Part shown: in pieces, positions 36,914 through 50,498 of the stretch | Numbering within the stretch: position 1 is the stretch's first letter | How the letters are laid out: each line of letters begins with the position of its first letter | From: Anolis carolinensis | Lineage: Eukaryota | Direction of reading: 5' to 3' | Assembly: GCF_035594765.1 (NCBI RefSeq) | Contig: NC_085844.1 | Coordinates: forward strand, 33,247,923-33,311,922 | Length of the DNA: 64,000 bases | Program-made: the position numbers and the translations under genes | The notes under the pieces: generated by a model | The model's input: the letters and a program-made list of their open reading frames with translations, nothing else | The model's database searches: none | What the model was told of the DNA's origin: nothing

Positions 36914-38648
36914 TAATTCTGTATTTGGTCAAATGCACACACCATCTGCTTTCAACAAGCTAAGTTATCACCAATTTTGACAGCATTGTTATCCTGTGAA
37001 AGTGGGATGCAGAAATATAAAATAAGTCTTTTTTTGAGAGTCTTGGAAGGAGCGGGAGGCAGCCGCAGCCTCATGCGAGCCACAAATTGGCAAAGATAGT
37101 GTCTAATGGCATGAAGAAATCTTGCAGAAATATTCCTACTTAGAAAAGCTCTCTAAGAATACACATCCTCGTATGGGTCCCTTGGCATCCAAAATGAATT
37201 TCATCCAGGATAAGGTAGCTGAAAAGGCAGTTATATTATCATAGCTCTGGGAAGCTACGGTTAGAGGCAAACCATTTATTAATAATGTATTTTGATATTT
37301 GCTGGCAAGGCTACACAACAGCATATGGAAGCCCTGTCTAAAGTGATTCAGTATTTAATCTTTAACAGGGGGTGTATGAACTTAGTTCCCAGCAAGAAAT
37401 ATGGGAGGGGAATACTCTTAATCCTACTTTATATGTTATAATGGGCAGAGTTGAGGGGATGCATTATTACTAATGAGCTTACTTTACTTACATGCTGCAA
37501 TAACCAAAGAGGTAAATTTGCTTTCAGAAGGTAAGACCCAAAGGCGCATGAGACACAAAACTCATGCATATTTCCACAGAGGAAATGTGAAAACTTTGGA
37601 AAGCTACTATGTATTGTTGTTTTTTAAGGACATGTAAGGACCTCATCTATTAGCTTCATATTAAAATAGCAGAATCTCTATTCACTTGATATAGCCTAAG
37701 CACAGAAGAGGAATAGCACATCAGTACATTTTCCTGAGAAGAAGCACACATTGAGAGAATTCCTTGCAGTGTATCCACCAGTGTTATGGATTTATTTGTT
37801 ACGTTTGTATGCTCCTTCTCCCCTAATAAGTTCCTGGTTAGTCACTGTAACAGCCTAGCATGGCCATTTTTGGATTACAACTTCCGACAGCGCCCACCCT
37901 CAAGCTAGGAATTTGTGAGAGTGGTAGCTTTTTTAAAAGTAGCATTTTCAGGTTCTATTGACATCTAGTCAGAATCCAATAAGTTGACTGACGACTTATC
38001 TACATGGGTAAAAAGCCCTGGACTCACCTCAAATCCATGAATGGATATCCCTACAATGTGTGGTGAGGATTGTAAGCTTCTCTTAACCTGACTTTACCCT
38101 GTTTTAGGTAAGATAGGGAGGATACTCAGGAGTTTGCAGGAAACTCTGGAGAATCACTGAGCTTTACAGCAGTCTGGACAGCTGGATCAGGTTCCATTCA
38201 TTCTAATCCTGGTGATCAACACAGGAGAAGGGGGTGTCTCATCACCATGTTGCCGTAGAGCTCACAACAAGCGCCTGGCTGTTGCAGTCCCATCTCCTGA
38301 TGTCAGAATGGGGCATCCTCATGACCAGCACTCCACCCTCTCCTTGGAGGTCATATGGGCATTTATTTCTTATATCAGCATATGTGCAGGCGATGGCCAG
38401 ATACTGACAGTGAGCTCTGTACAGTAGTGACATGGAGTGGCAGCTGTGACATGGAGAAGGGAAGTGACATCCCACTGCGGATGTTGTATCTTTGTCAGCT
38501 TGGCTAGATTGTCTGGGTGTCAATTCATTCCTGCAGTGGGTTCAGAGCAGAGCATCTGGCTGCCATTATAGTCACAGACCATAATGTTCTGGACTAGCTG
38601 CAGATTAATCAATTATTGCAGACATTGTCTGAGAGGGCTATATTACAT

Positions 38649-38830
38649 CACACCAGGCTTTAAAGTGGGCAGCCCTGCATTTCTGCCACCTGCAGAATTC
38701 TGGGAAATGTAGTTTAGGGCAAGGCCTTTTGAATTTTCAGCTACAGATGTCCTCACCTTCCCAAACTACATTTCTCAACATTCTGCAGGTGGCAGAAATG
38801 CGGGGCTGCCCACTTTAAAGCCCTGGTGTG
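38649..38830. repeat. Long inverted repeat / palindromic MITE
   Basis: ~68-bp arms 38649-38716 and 38763-38830 with 4 mismatches and 1 indel. Confidence 0.9.
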
Positions 38831-41800
38831 CTGATTTGGAGTGTTCTGAAAAGGCAACAAGTTATTACTTATTTAATGTAGTTATGGCACTATACTTAGT
38901 CTTGATGTAAAGCATGACCCCTGGTAATTACATCTGCAATATTGCTCTGGAAACATTTCATTACCTTAAAAAGAAAAGCTACTCATGGCTACAGAATTAT
39001 CCAGCACCACCCAAAAGTGTTAGTGCAATTACTGGTGTCCTGTAACAAGAAGGGCAGTGATGGTCAGAATCAATATGTTATGCTGAATGGGTAAGAACAT
39101 TATGGTTTCCATTTGTCTTATTTAAACAGCAGATTAGAATAGGCTGTTTTATCTGAGCCAACCCTATAAAGCTAATAGAGCAAGAAATGTGTTAAGGCTG
39201 CTGTGTTCCAGATTTAGGCCCAATGTAGAGCTCTCCCTGAAGATGCTTTGTCAGAGACTGACTGACTACACTTGTATCCATACTTCCACTCTAAACTTAA
39301 TGAAAACAGAGGTTCTGCTTTTCCAAATGGGTTTGTTCCCTAGAAAGAATAACAGCCAATTAACAACAATGTTGCAATACAATCCTATGTATGTTTACTC
39401 TGTGCCAAAATTTTCTGTAGACTAAGTGCGCACTGGGATGAATCTCTTCATGTGGATTTTATGAATGAGACAACAAGGGATTTATTTTTCTTTATAGCAG
39501 CATGAAAATAAGGAAGTGCACATTTCCTGCTCATGGAAAGCAGGAAACATGCCAAAGTCACTATGTGCTCTTTGATCTTGATATCGGGATATAGACTTCT
39601 GACTAGGGGTCCTCTGGTATTGCAGTGGTCCATCGGATCACATGACAATTTGATAGATGGATGTAACTATTCAAATTGTGGAAGACATTTTCATCATCCC
39701 TATTGTAGTAATATTTGTATTAATCCAAAAGACATGAAGCAAGCTTTCAAGAAAACAGCATTGTCATCAGGCTAAGTTTGTGTAATCAGAATTACACTAT
39801 CATTCACCATGTTTCCCATAGAATTAAAGGTTTAAAAAAGGGTGTGCTGGGGGTGGGTGGATTGGGAGGAGAAGCTCTCTGAGGCTCCAAAGGAAGATGA
39901 TGCAGCCCTGAATCTTTTAATCCTAAAGTACTTAGGCAATAATGTCTTCGTCCATATTTAACTCGGAATATCTCCCTGTCATTGTTCTGATAGACACCTA
40001 GATGGAAATCTAAAATCTTTTTATGGTAAGCACTCTATCTCTATATGTATGCTAGCTTTACAACATTTTAATATTAAAATGGGGCTATCTAGCATCAACT
40101 TCAAAATTAGATTTCCTTAAATGAAATGACCACAGACAAACTCAATTGATAGTAATAGGCAAAATCCAGAATTACATTGCTAAGTCAAATATACACTGGC
40201 TGTAGGACTGTATGATTAGACATAAGCTCTTTTGCTGGCAGAAGCATCCTTCTGCTAGAGGTCTGCAAAACACACACAGACACACAAACATCCAACAGCA
40301 ATCTGCTGGCAGAACTGTTCTGTTGGCTAAAATCTTCTGGAAGAAGAGGCAAAAAGGGGGTAGAGAAGGGATGGGATGAGGGAAGAATGTGTATATGCCA
40401 AATCCAAGTATCTTGCTCCTTGTAACTATAAAAAGAAGAATGGAGAGTTTGTACCTCCTGGGGCAACATGAAACAGGCTAGGAGCACGTCCTGATCCTTA
40501 GTGAGAAAATTTCTTCTGAGGAAATAGGGACCACAGTCAGATAGTCTTCTAAATAAGATGTAAGAATTTGATTAGAAAGCGCTGTCTGAGATTGTAAAGA
40601 GTAGTCTTACAAATCTGTAATGCTCTCCAGGGGCACATTTGCAATATAAGCATAAAGCTGGGTCAGGGTGAGGGTAATTCTAAGAAAATTCCAGCACCCT
40701 AGACTGACAGGAAGGTAGATTCAGCACAGCTTCGTCTGCTTTAGTGATGAGCTGGTCCTCAGCCAACTCAGCCATTTAGGATTGTACATTTAGTCATGTT
40801 TAGTAATCTGTTGGCCAGAGGTCTAAAATGAGTGGTACCATCTGGCAGCAAAGTAGTGGAACTCTCCACACTGACCGCCCGTAGCTTGTGCTCTAGTAAC
40901 ATTATTTTCCCTGACGGTTATTGGTAATTAACTCAAAAGCATTTTGCTTTCAACTAACTCAGCAGGAAGGAGAGAAGGAGTGGGCAGAATCTTGTCCTTC
41001 CCAGTTGGCTCAGACAAAAGCAAACTGCTGCAGCCTCTTCTAGCTTGTGTGACCCATCTCATTAATACCCTTTGCCATTTTGATTGCACTCTTGGCCACA
41101 ATGTGCTCCAGTTTTCTTTAGCCAATTACAGTGTGAAAAACACATACTTCCACACAATATCCTACCAGTGAATCAATATTAAAGTCAGATTTAGCTGCAC
41201 GACAACAATAGGGAGATAATGCTCTTATCTTATCCATGAAAATGTCTTCGGTCAGCCTTGCCATAAAATGACCTGTAGATTTATATGAACTTGGGAACAG
41301 CCTAGATGTATTCTGTCAGTTGTGCTTCTCTGGCAAAATTTCTTCCGTAAAACTACCTTACAAGCCTTCCAAAATTCATCATAGCGGATCTGGAGAAACA
41401 CAAGGAAGTAAGCCAGACCTACTGTTGTCAAGTCATGCTCAGTGGAGTATGCTGCCAGTTGATGTCGCATATAGTGAGAGCAAAAAATGTTCACAATTGC
41501 TGCTGGGGAAATAGAAATAAAACACCTGGCTGTGCGATACTATAATGAATTACTAAAACTGCTAGAGTATTAAAGAAAGCAGCTGGGACATGCTTAGAAT
41601 GAGAGGACTGGAAGACTGGAACTGAAATGGAAGCCAAAATAATGCTTTTTCTTCATGGTGAGGGTATTTTCTTAATTAAATGTTTCAGCATAGGAAGTCA
41701 GTTCCCCACAGAGTATTCTGCAATGCAAATAGTTTTCCTGTGAGGCAACCTCTTTGCCAAAGATGACTACACATCAGTGGTCTCTGTGTGAGACTGTACC

Positions 41801-42026
41801 ATATAGCACAAACATGCACACACTATTCTGCTTTCAAATAATGACTCCAAAATCAAACAACCATCTATTCTAAAGCATTTCATGGATACTCAGATGTCTA
41901 AACTGAAAATAGATATCACTGTAATGTATTTTTGCAACTAGTATTAATCTTTTCTACCCTTTAGGACGGGGATGTGGAAGGTTTGGCCCGCACCGTCCTG
42001 CAGGGGCTCATGCAAGTGGAGATCTT

Positions 42027-42100
42027 GTTATTATTTATTTATTGACAGTATTTATATGCCACCCTTCTCACCCCGAAGGGGACTCAGGGCGGATCACAAA
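42027..42100 (-). mobile_element. L2-type 3' tail
   Basis: (ttta)n plus gccacccttctcaccccgaaggggactcagggcggatcaca. Confidence 0.75.
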
Positions 42101-45100
42101 ACACGTATGTGGCAAAAATTCAACGTCGTTTTATATAATTGTACATACAATTATACATAGATAAGAGGTATACAGTATATATTGGCTTTCTCCATCTTTT
42201 TGGCATCTTGGAAAGTGTTGTGCTCGATTGTGGCTGCCAGGGGTGTTATCATCCTATAGCAAGAAAAACATAGCACATATTCTGCATGTTACTGGAACAA
42301 CTGAATGTCACACTGGGATTCAGCCCAGACATTTTGTTCCATTCCATGCTTGTATAGAGTCAACCTAGTCTTGTGGTATCAGATTCAAGCAAGCGACTTT
42401 TTTCAAGTGTGCCACAACTGAGTTGTCTCTATTCTTGGCCCTCACTGATTTTTTATTTGTCAGCCTGGATGTAAAAGCTTGTTTTTTTTTAACATCCATG
42501 TGGATTTTTCATATTTCATGACTCCTTTTTAAACAACAGCAACAAAAATAATGATGGTTTGGGCAACAAATATGATAAAAACATGGCATTCAGGTTAGAT
42601 AAGAGCACTCAATCAGGAGACCTCAGTAATGTGAACAATGCAGAAGTGATCCTTAAGAAATAAACCCAAGATGCTGCCATAAAAGACAAGATTCCTCTGT
42701 ATCTATACAAAATCTGAACGCACAACAGAATTTGCTTCAAACCTGGAAATGTAATGGCTGGCTACATCTGAGGGCAGAAGATCAGTTTAAATTGTATACA
42801 TACTATGTCTCAAAGACAGCTCTTATAGGATATAGCTCTGTTTGGAGGACAAAGGCCAAGGGAGTCATCGAAAATAGCTAGGAGGTTGCCACAGCTTCCC
42901 TCAGCATCTGCTAGTCAAGGCAGTTAGTTTACTATATCTAATATTAGGGCTGTCCATGTATCTTAAGGAATAATAGTAGTTCATAAGAGTAAAAATGGAT
43001 TTAGACTCTATGAATAGTAGTGGCATTTATGCATCAGGCAGTAGCACAAATGTCATAATATAAACTAATATTCCACTCCTAGTTATATACATAGTGGCAG
43101 CGTCTGAAAAGCTTGCATATATCCCAGTGATTTGCATGAGGAGTTATCCTGAATCCTTGAGATAAAGCATCTAGATGGCTCACAGCCCAATTCCATCCTA
43201 AGTAGTGCCAGCTACCCACTGGCATGCAAGTGCAATTGTGCCAGCATAGCATCAGAAATCATGATGTTGCATTGGCAGGGCAAGTGGACATAATGCAATG
43301 ACATTGCAAATACTGGAACACTGACAATGCTCTGTAAGCCACTGTGACATCAGATTGCACAGAACTAAGCTGCATTGTATAGTTTAGAATATGACGGAGG
43401 AAATCAGTATTATCCAAGGCAAAAGTTCTTCTAAGCTAGCCATGAACATGGCAATGAAGCAAAAGCACAGACTAAGCTATCTGTAATTCAGTTAATATAA
43501 AAATATTTTAGTTTAGTCCCCCTTTGACTCAAATGGGACTAAGGTGGATTAAATCGAACTACTGGCAATTCCATATAAATCATTGTGAAATTGCTTTCTG
43601 TTTTTCATTGAGAAGGAGGGAAATGGTGCATAATACATGTGAATCCAGATTTGAATATGTAAAGATAATCGTCTGTACATTATGTATAGTATTCTAAGGC
43701 TCAAAGATTGAACATCTACACAAGGAATAACCATGTTTGTAAAAAGTGCATTAAAATTGTTAATGTTCATAACCTGGATCCCTTTGAATTAGAATAGTAA
43801 GCATTCTAGATCAGAAGCTTCACCCTTCACCCTATAGCACATTTTCTCTGTTCTTAAATGTTTTTCTCTGGGTAAAGTAATCATGCAGTGCTTGGAAAGT
43901 TACTTTTTAAAAGAACAACCAGAATCTGATTATCAGTGTGGCAAAACATTTGACATTTTAAGGCTTTAGCTATACCATCATCCCAAATTTGAGCCATATA
44001 GGATTATCAGATTGACTTATAGAGATGTTGTATGTCTTTAGCAATGTTTTCAGGAGTTGGTTCAGCCACTATTTTTGCCCTGTTCTTACTATGATCTTCT
44101 CACCTGTCCTCCCTTATCTGCCTGCAATGAAATGGAATTGCTGTCTTATTGAAATAGAACCAGATGTGGGTTGGCTTAGATTTAAAGAAGAGCTGTAGAA
44201 TAAATGATGAAAATGATGAAGTGGGCGCCATTCTTTTTGATCTGTGTGGATAATGGGTTGTTTTCATGATAGCATCATTATATACTTGAACAATTACAGC
44301 TTCATATTTTTTTAAAAGATAGATATGGAATGGAGGAAGCACATTGAACAGGATGATGTGGATAGTGTTGCATTTCAAGTGTGGGAAAATAAACACAGAA
44401 ACCAGTGACATTGAAGGCCAAATGCAGCAGTGATGCAAAACAATATATTGCCATTCTGCTGCCTTTCCAAATATAGGATAAGCCATTTTCAAATAAAATA
44501 AACAGCTGACTAATGTTGTTTCCACAGGGGTGGGGAAGAGCTTCTACCTGGGACTAATCAATAAGACCCAAGCCTATATGTGGGATTTTCTACTTCTACT
44601 GCCAGTTTAGGTCATTTGTGCACTTTCGAAATTCGGAAGTGTGAAACTGACCTGCCCAAGTAGTCCACATCTTCTTAGAGGCTCTGTAAAGTGCCAGCTA
44701 TGGAATGCATTCATTCTCATAGTGCTATATTGTATTTTAATTGCTGTATGCATTTGCAGTTTATGAAGGGAATTTAAAATTCTCTGCCAGATAGCTCTTG
44801 TACCTCAACTACAAACCCCAGAATATCACAGGTTGTTGCCATCGCAGATAAAGTGGAATGTAGCAGTATTACAGTTAAAAATGATAAGGACAACTAGGCT
44901 TTCTTTGGATAACATCCTATTAACAATCCCCTCAATCTTGGAACTGGCCTCACATGCAACATTTTATCAGTTGAACTTTCACCCACTATATCTATCTCTT
45001 CCAGAAGAGAACTCTTAGGTGTTGCATTCCCACTTGGCCCTCCAGGCAGTTCTGACCTTGCAGAAGAGGAAGAACTTAGAGGAACACTTTTTACAGACAA

Positions 45101-45332
45101 TGAATAAAATGAGTTTGAAAATCAACCCTCCAGAATGCATGAGATCTATCAATATCAGCCCTTCAGGAAAGCTTCCCTGAGAAAAAGCAGATATATTATT
45201 TAGATAGCCAGACTTCTGAGGCCAGTGATGAATGAATAGTTGAAGGAGTTATTTCCCAGAAAAATGGAAGATTATGCTTTTCATTTACTTCAGATGGTTC
45301 TCCTCAATTTTTTTTTAATTTGTGTTCTCTGA

Positions 45333-45953
45333 GGGCTCTTCTACACATGCATTATAACCCAGGTTAAATCGAGTTAAAGGGCGGGGGAGTAAACAACGGT
45401 TAACCAAAATGCAGGAGGAATCAGATTAAGGGCTGGAAGATGCCCTTTAAATCTGATTCCTCCTGAAAAAAGTGCAACTTTCCATGTCTGTGTATCCCTG
45501 CAGGCATGGAAAACTCGTGCTTTCCTTCCCTCAGCCCTGTAGACTCTCTCCGTGCCCCCCATTTACCTCTCTAATTATCGGAGAAAGGCTCCAATACAGG
45601 CCTGGAGCCATTTCCCCTCTACCTCCTTCCTGGAAGAGCCAAAGGGGGACTTGGAAGAGAAATGCCCCTCCCCAAGCCTCCTTCAGCATTTCCAAGGCTG
45701 GGGAAGAGGGAAGAAGATGGCAAGCCACAACAGAGCCTTCTTCTGATAAGTTGAGAGGGAAATGGGAGGAAGGGAGGGAGAGGCTGGCAGTGCCCCTCCC
45801 CACTGCTGCTGATCTTGGATCAGCAGGGGTGAGTATCTGGACACCATCCCTGCAAAAGCATGGGGTTCAGGCCAGCTGTGTGGCTACAATCCCAACAGAA
45901 AGTGGGATTTAAAATCCCAATTCCTCTCGGATTTTTGGCCTGTCTAGAAAGGC
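45333..45953. mobile_element. Probable non-autonomous Harbinger-like element
   Basis: gggctcttctacac ... ggcctgtctagaaaggc termini; GC-rich interior. Confidence 0.45.
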
Positions 45954-46969
45954 AAGGTTCTATCTCTATGCTAGACAAATGACAACACACACACATTTTA
46001 AAAGTAGTCCCTGGGCCTTGTAATAACAGCCAATGAATTCTGCTTCTGCACATTCAACCATCTATGACTTCATTTTTTAAAAAAAATCCACAAAGCAAAT
46101 CCTGATTTTGCCACTTTATGTAAGGGACACAATTTTTCTATGCCATTGTATATAGTGGGATTTGAGAGGGGTCCTGTAACAAAACCCTAGCAGATACCAA
46201 GGGCCCACTGTACTTGAAAAAGTCTAATGAAAGATAACATAGGTTTTAAACATGGCTTAAATCTCCTTCAGATACTTAGGCTGCAATCCTATATGCCAAA
46301 CACAGAAAGCCAGCAACTTGCAAATCTTCTCATCATTCTGCAGATTCCACATAACAATTACGCTCGTAAAAAGACTCTCACTGGAAGGCTCGGCTCTTCT
46401 CTCTTCCCCTTTCACCCACAATATTTTTTTTTTTAAAAAGACATTGACTATTACTACTATGTTGCAGAGAATCTTTTTTCTGGAAGTTCTGTATGTTTTG
46501 TCTGCATTGCTGTTCCCAAAATGATTTTTTTTAACTTAAAAAAATTGAAGGCGTTTTAATATGATAAGTTGTTTACTTGTGCTTTAACCACTTTTTAATG
46601 TCATTTTTAGCTCTGCTTTATTTTGACTCTGTTGTAGTTTGCCATGGGTTCCATGTATGGAGGAAGGGCATTGTTACACAAAAATAGAAATGTAACCTTT
46701 TTAGATAGAAGACCTTTGGCTCTTATCTTACAGTGGCAGAAAGGTAATTGAAAAACAAGATAGTAGGTGGAAAGCAGTAGGGAAAAATGGGAGACTGCAC
46801 CACACATGGATGGATTGAATTAAGGCAGCCACGGTCCTTAGGATTTTCATGGTAAAAGACATTCAAAGGTGGTTTACTAGGTCTTATTCTATGTGGTATT
46901 CATAAGTTGGTGGCCCATTTAATCTGGCTGCTCAACAAAAGCCTATCTGACATTGCCGACCTTACCACC

Positions 46970-47835
46970 TGTCAGAACCCTGGCTGCTGGGCACCAATAA
47001 CCTTACACAGAGGCCAGTCTCTATCTAATATCTTTATTAAAGAAATATATAAAAGCAATAAAAACAAGTGAAGAATATTGTTCAGAAACAGACCTTTCAA
47101 AAGAGGTCAAATATAGTCCAAAAATGTATTGTCCAATAAATGATATTAGAGTTCAAAGTTTTAATCCACTTGACCGAAACACACACTCTTGCCAAGCAAT
47201 AGTGTGGGGAAATGTCAGAGTCTTAGAAGTCCAATGAAGCTTGACAGCAAAGCTGGAAATAAACTTGATTCTTGACTAGGTCCATGGCTAGAAACAAGAC
47301 AAAACGTGAAGCGTGGAACAGGGTCCGTGGTTAAACTGCAAGGCAAGGCAAGGCTCGAAAACTTGATCCGGGAAGCAAGGAACTGGGGTTACGAAGTCCA
47401 CACACGATCTCTCTCCTGAAGCTGATCAATTGACTCCGCAAAGAATCTCTCGCGCCAAACCCCTATATTGGGTCTCGTTTTCCCGCCAACAATCTCTTTC
47501 CCTAGAGAACGAGAAGCAAAACCCACTCTGTCCAGATGCATTACTCCTTAGAATTTCCCAAGGGAAGCAGACCTAATCAGCCAGTTGTTTGGCAGCGATT
47601 CTTAGACTTCTCCGATTAGCTTCTCTAACTCCTGTCTTTAGAATAAGATTCCTTCCTGGGAAACGGAGGGGAGTACTGCCCAAGGCCTGGTTTACTGAAT
47701 TCTTGAGGGCAAACATCAACATCCGGCAGGTGAAGGGACTCCGGCTCTTGTTGAACTGGCGAAAATCCCATGTTTTCATCTTCATCTGCCACGATAGTAC
47801 CAGGAACAGGACTACAAGGCCCATGAGGCATCACA
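46970..47835 (-). mobile_element. Solo LTR (Gypsy-like), 866 bp
   Basis: TG...CA termini; 5-bp TSD ccacc (46965-46969, 47836-47840); minus-strand aataaa near 47035 and TATA-like aatatagg near 47465. Confidence 0.93.
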
Positions 47836-48182
47836 CCACCAGCACTTGGTACCATCCGCATACCCTCTTGCACCACAAGATCATGCAATACTATCAAAAA
47901 TTAGTGCGGCGGTGAGCTGTGCTTCTGCATTTAGCCAAGTCAAAGGTTTGAAATCTTCATTCAATTCAATTTTTATAAGAATATACTAAAATTTGCAAAT
48001 TCTTCATAAATATCTAGAAGTTCTTCAAGGAATAAAGCCAATAGTCATTAACACAGATTTGATATGCTCTTTGAAAATATTATTTGATGAATATAGCTTG
48101 CAATTCTGTATACACTGAGATTAAATCCACTGCCTCATTTTGGAGTATACTTGGCAGTGGATTACATTGCATAATATGAGTA

Positions 48183-48426
48183 CAGGCAGTCCCCGAGTTA
48201 CAAACATCCGACTTACATACACACGTCCTATGTTTTGGTCTCTGTCCTGTGTGATTAACTTAAACATGCATTGAATATGTTGAATGGTTTTTAACTGTGA
48301 ATTTTTAAAATTGTTTATGTTTCATTCTGTTTTATTGTTTGTATATTTGTATATTTTAAATTGTGTACTAATGCTTTTGTGTTAAACTGCTTTGAGTCCC
48401 CTTCATGAGAGATAAAACGGGGTATA

Positions 48427-48476
<50 letters not shown>

Positions 48477-48594
48477 TTTCACAGAAATGCTTTGATATGT
48501 ATCTTTTATGGAACTGCGTTTTAATATATGTGTTCTGTGTTTTGACTGTGCTGTGAACCACTTCAAGCCATGCAAAGAGGTGGGTAAGAAATAA

Positions 48595-48646
<52 letters not shown>

Positions 48647-49036
48647 TTGTTACAAATGACACATAGTTAAGAATGGGGGTGAAACAACAGGAAGCGAGAG
48701 AAAACCACTCCTTGGAAGGAAAATTCAATCCTGAAAGAATTATCATGGGAAAAAGATGTCTCCACTGAAGCTTTATCATTAATCCTTGTTTGCACAACAA
48801 GCCACATTTTTTGAAAATCTAATTATCACAAGAACAGGAAGTGAGGTGAAATCTTCTGAACAGAGACACAAGCAGCAAACATGACAGGGGTGTTCCCCCC
48901 TTCCCTATGCTATCCAAAGTGTGTGTGTGTGTGTGTATCTGAAGTTACACTTTAAAAAGGTGTCTTTCCCAACTTACAAATTCAACTTAAGAACAAACAT
49001 ACGCAACCTATCTTGTTCATAACTTGGGGACTGCCG
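48183..49036. mobile_element. Tigger/mariner-type MITE interrupted by two L2 tails
   Basis: TA-caggcagtccccgagttac ... ataacttggggactgcc TIRs; element resumes at ttacaaatgac..agttaagaatgggg (48649). Confidence 0.82.
48220..48648 (+). mobile_element. Two tandem L2-type 3' tails, each ending in (AAT)n
   Basis: aaactgctttgagtcccc..ggggtataaat(aat)n, then gaaccacttcaagcc..aaataaaat(aat)n. Confidence 0.7.
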
Positions 49037-49062
49037 ATATATATATATATATACACACACAC

Positions 49063-49109
<47 letters not shown>
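49037..49109. repeat. (TA)n(CA)n microsatellite
   Basis: Seen directly. Confidence 0.97.
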
Positions 49110-49112
<3 letters not shown>

Positions 49113-49885
49113 TACAATACCGCTGTTTTAATTTTCTTTATCCTTTTGTAATAGCTGTGCAGTCTAATTTACACAAGTTTCCACTGAAGTGGATTTTGAA
49201 TATTTAGGATGCAGTCTTACAGTTCTGTGTGCATCCATACAACAGTCATTTGCATAGAATCCAGTGGGATGCAGTCCTATATCAAAGGACAGAACTTTCT
49301 CACCCACGAGCTACATTCTCTCATCTCATCAAATTTTCACAGACTGAATGACAGCAGAAAACTGGATCAAAATCATACATACATCATATACACAGAGCTT
49401 CGGAAATTCATTTCATTGCATTACATCGCTCAGCATCACTTATTCATCCAGTCTTTATACCCTCAGACTTATGACCTCATCACACAGGGATTTTTAAGTG
49501 TCCTAGGACACTTCCCCACCAGTCCAGCGATGGATGGGCATGCTTCCTATCCCATGACATCACTGGATTTCCAGCAGAGGCCTGTCCACAAACCATGGAA
49601 GTATGGTATGATGCTTCCCTCTCAACATGGGAGGCTTTTCATCTTGTGCTGGCTCCAATAGAGCTGGCACGGATCCACGTGGCTTTGGTGATGCTTCCCC
49701 CCACATGATGGGGAAGCATTGCTGCAAGGAGAGAGACACAGGGAGACAGATTCACCTCGCTGCCCCTGAGTTTGCTGGCAAAGCCAGGCAAAGTGGGACA
49801 CTTTGGCTAATGTGATAGGCTTCAACCCAACATTGCTTTAACATAGTATCAGTATCCATATGTGAACCTATACTATGCTGGGCCA

Positions 49886-49975
49886 TATTTATTTATTTAT
49901 TTACTGTACTTATACCCTGTCCCCCTGAAGGGGGACTCAGGGTGGCTTACAAACTATGGCAATCATTCAATGCCA
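49886..49975 (-). mobile_element. L2-type 3' tail
   Basis: (attt)n plus tataccctgtccccctgaagggggactcagggtggcttaca. Confidence 0.75.
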
Positions 49976-50348
49976 GATTCAGATAATAACAATATTAATA
50001 AAACACAATATTATAAAACTGAAAAACACATACATATCAATTAAAATAGTCCTTCAAATGATTAAAATATATTACAATATATTAAAACATATCAAACTTA
50101 CATTGCATTGAGGCATAATTACAGGTCTTACAGTCCAGTGATTTATATACCTTCCCCTGGTCATTCTGTCCTTTGTAGTGAGCAGGGAGGCTATGAGAAG
50201 CATCTGGATACCTATAGCCAGATGCACAATGATCACAGCAGTAAAAATCTTAACAAACCATATCAACAAGAATTCATGGAAACCCCACTGACATAACCAT
50301 ATTTCAAATTTATCCTCCAACCACAGAGGAATAGGAAGAAGAAACTTA

Positions 50349-50498
50349 GGGCCCTTCCACACTGTCCCTATATCTGAGAATCTGATCCCAAAATATCTGT
50401 TTATCCCAGATTATCTGGCAGTGGAGACACACATATTCCCGTTTAAAGCAGATAATCTGGGATCAGATTCTGGGATATAGAGCAGTGTGGAAGGGCCC
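50349..50498. mobile_element. Harbinger-like MITE
   Basis: TIR gggcccttccacactg / cagtgtggaagggccc; flanks tta and ttt. Confidence 0.85.

Noticed and set aside
45005-45107. Plus-strand acceptor followed by RELLGVAFPLGPPGSSDLAEEEELRGTLFTDNE*
   Set aside because: No recognisable homology and no partner exons; compatible with chance.
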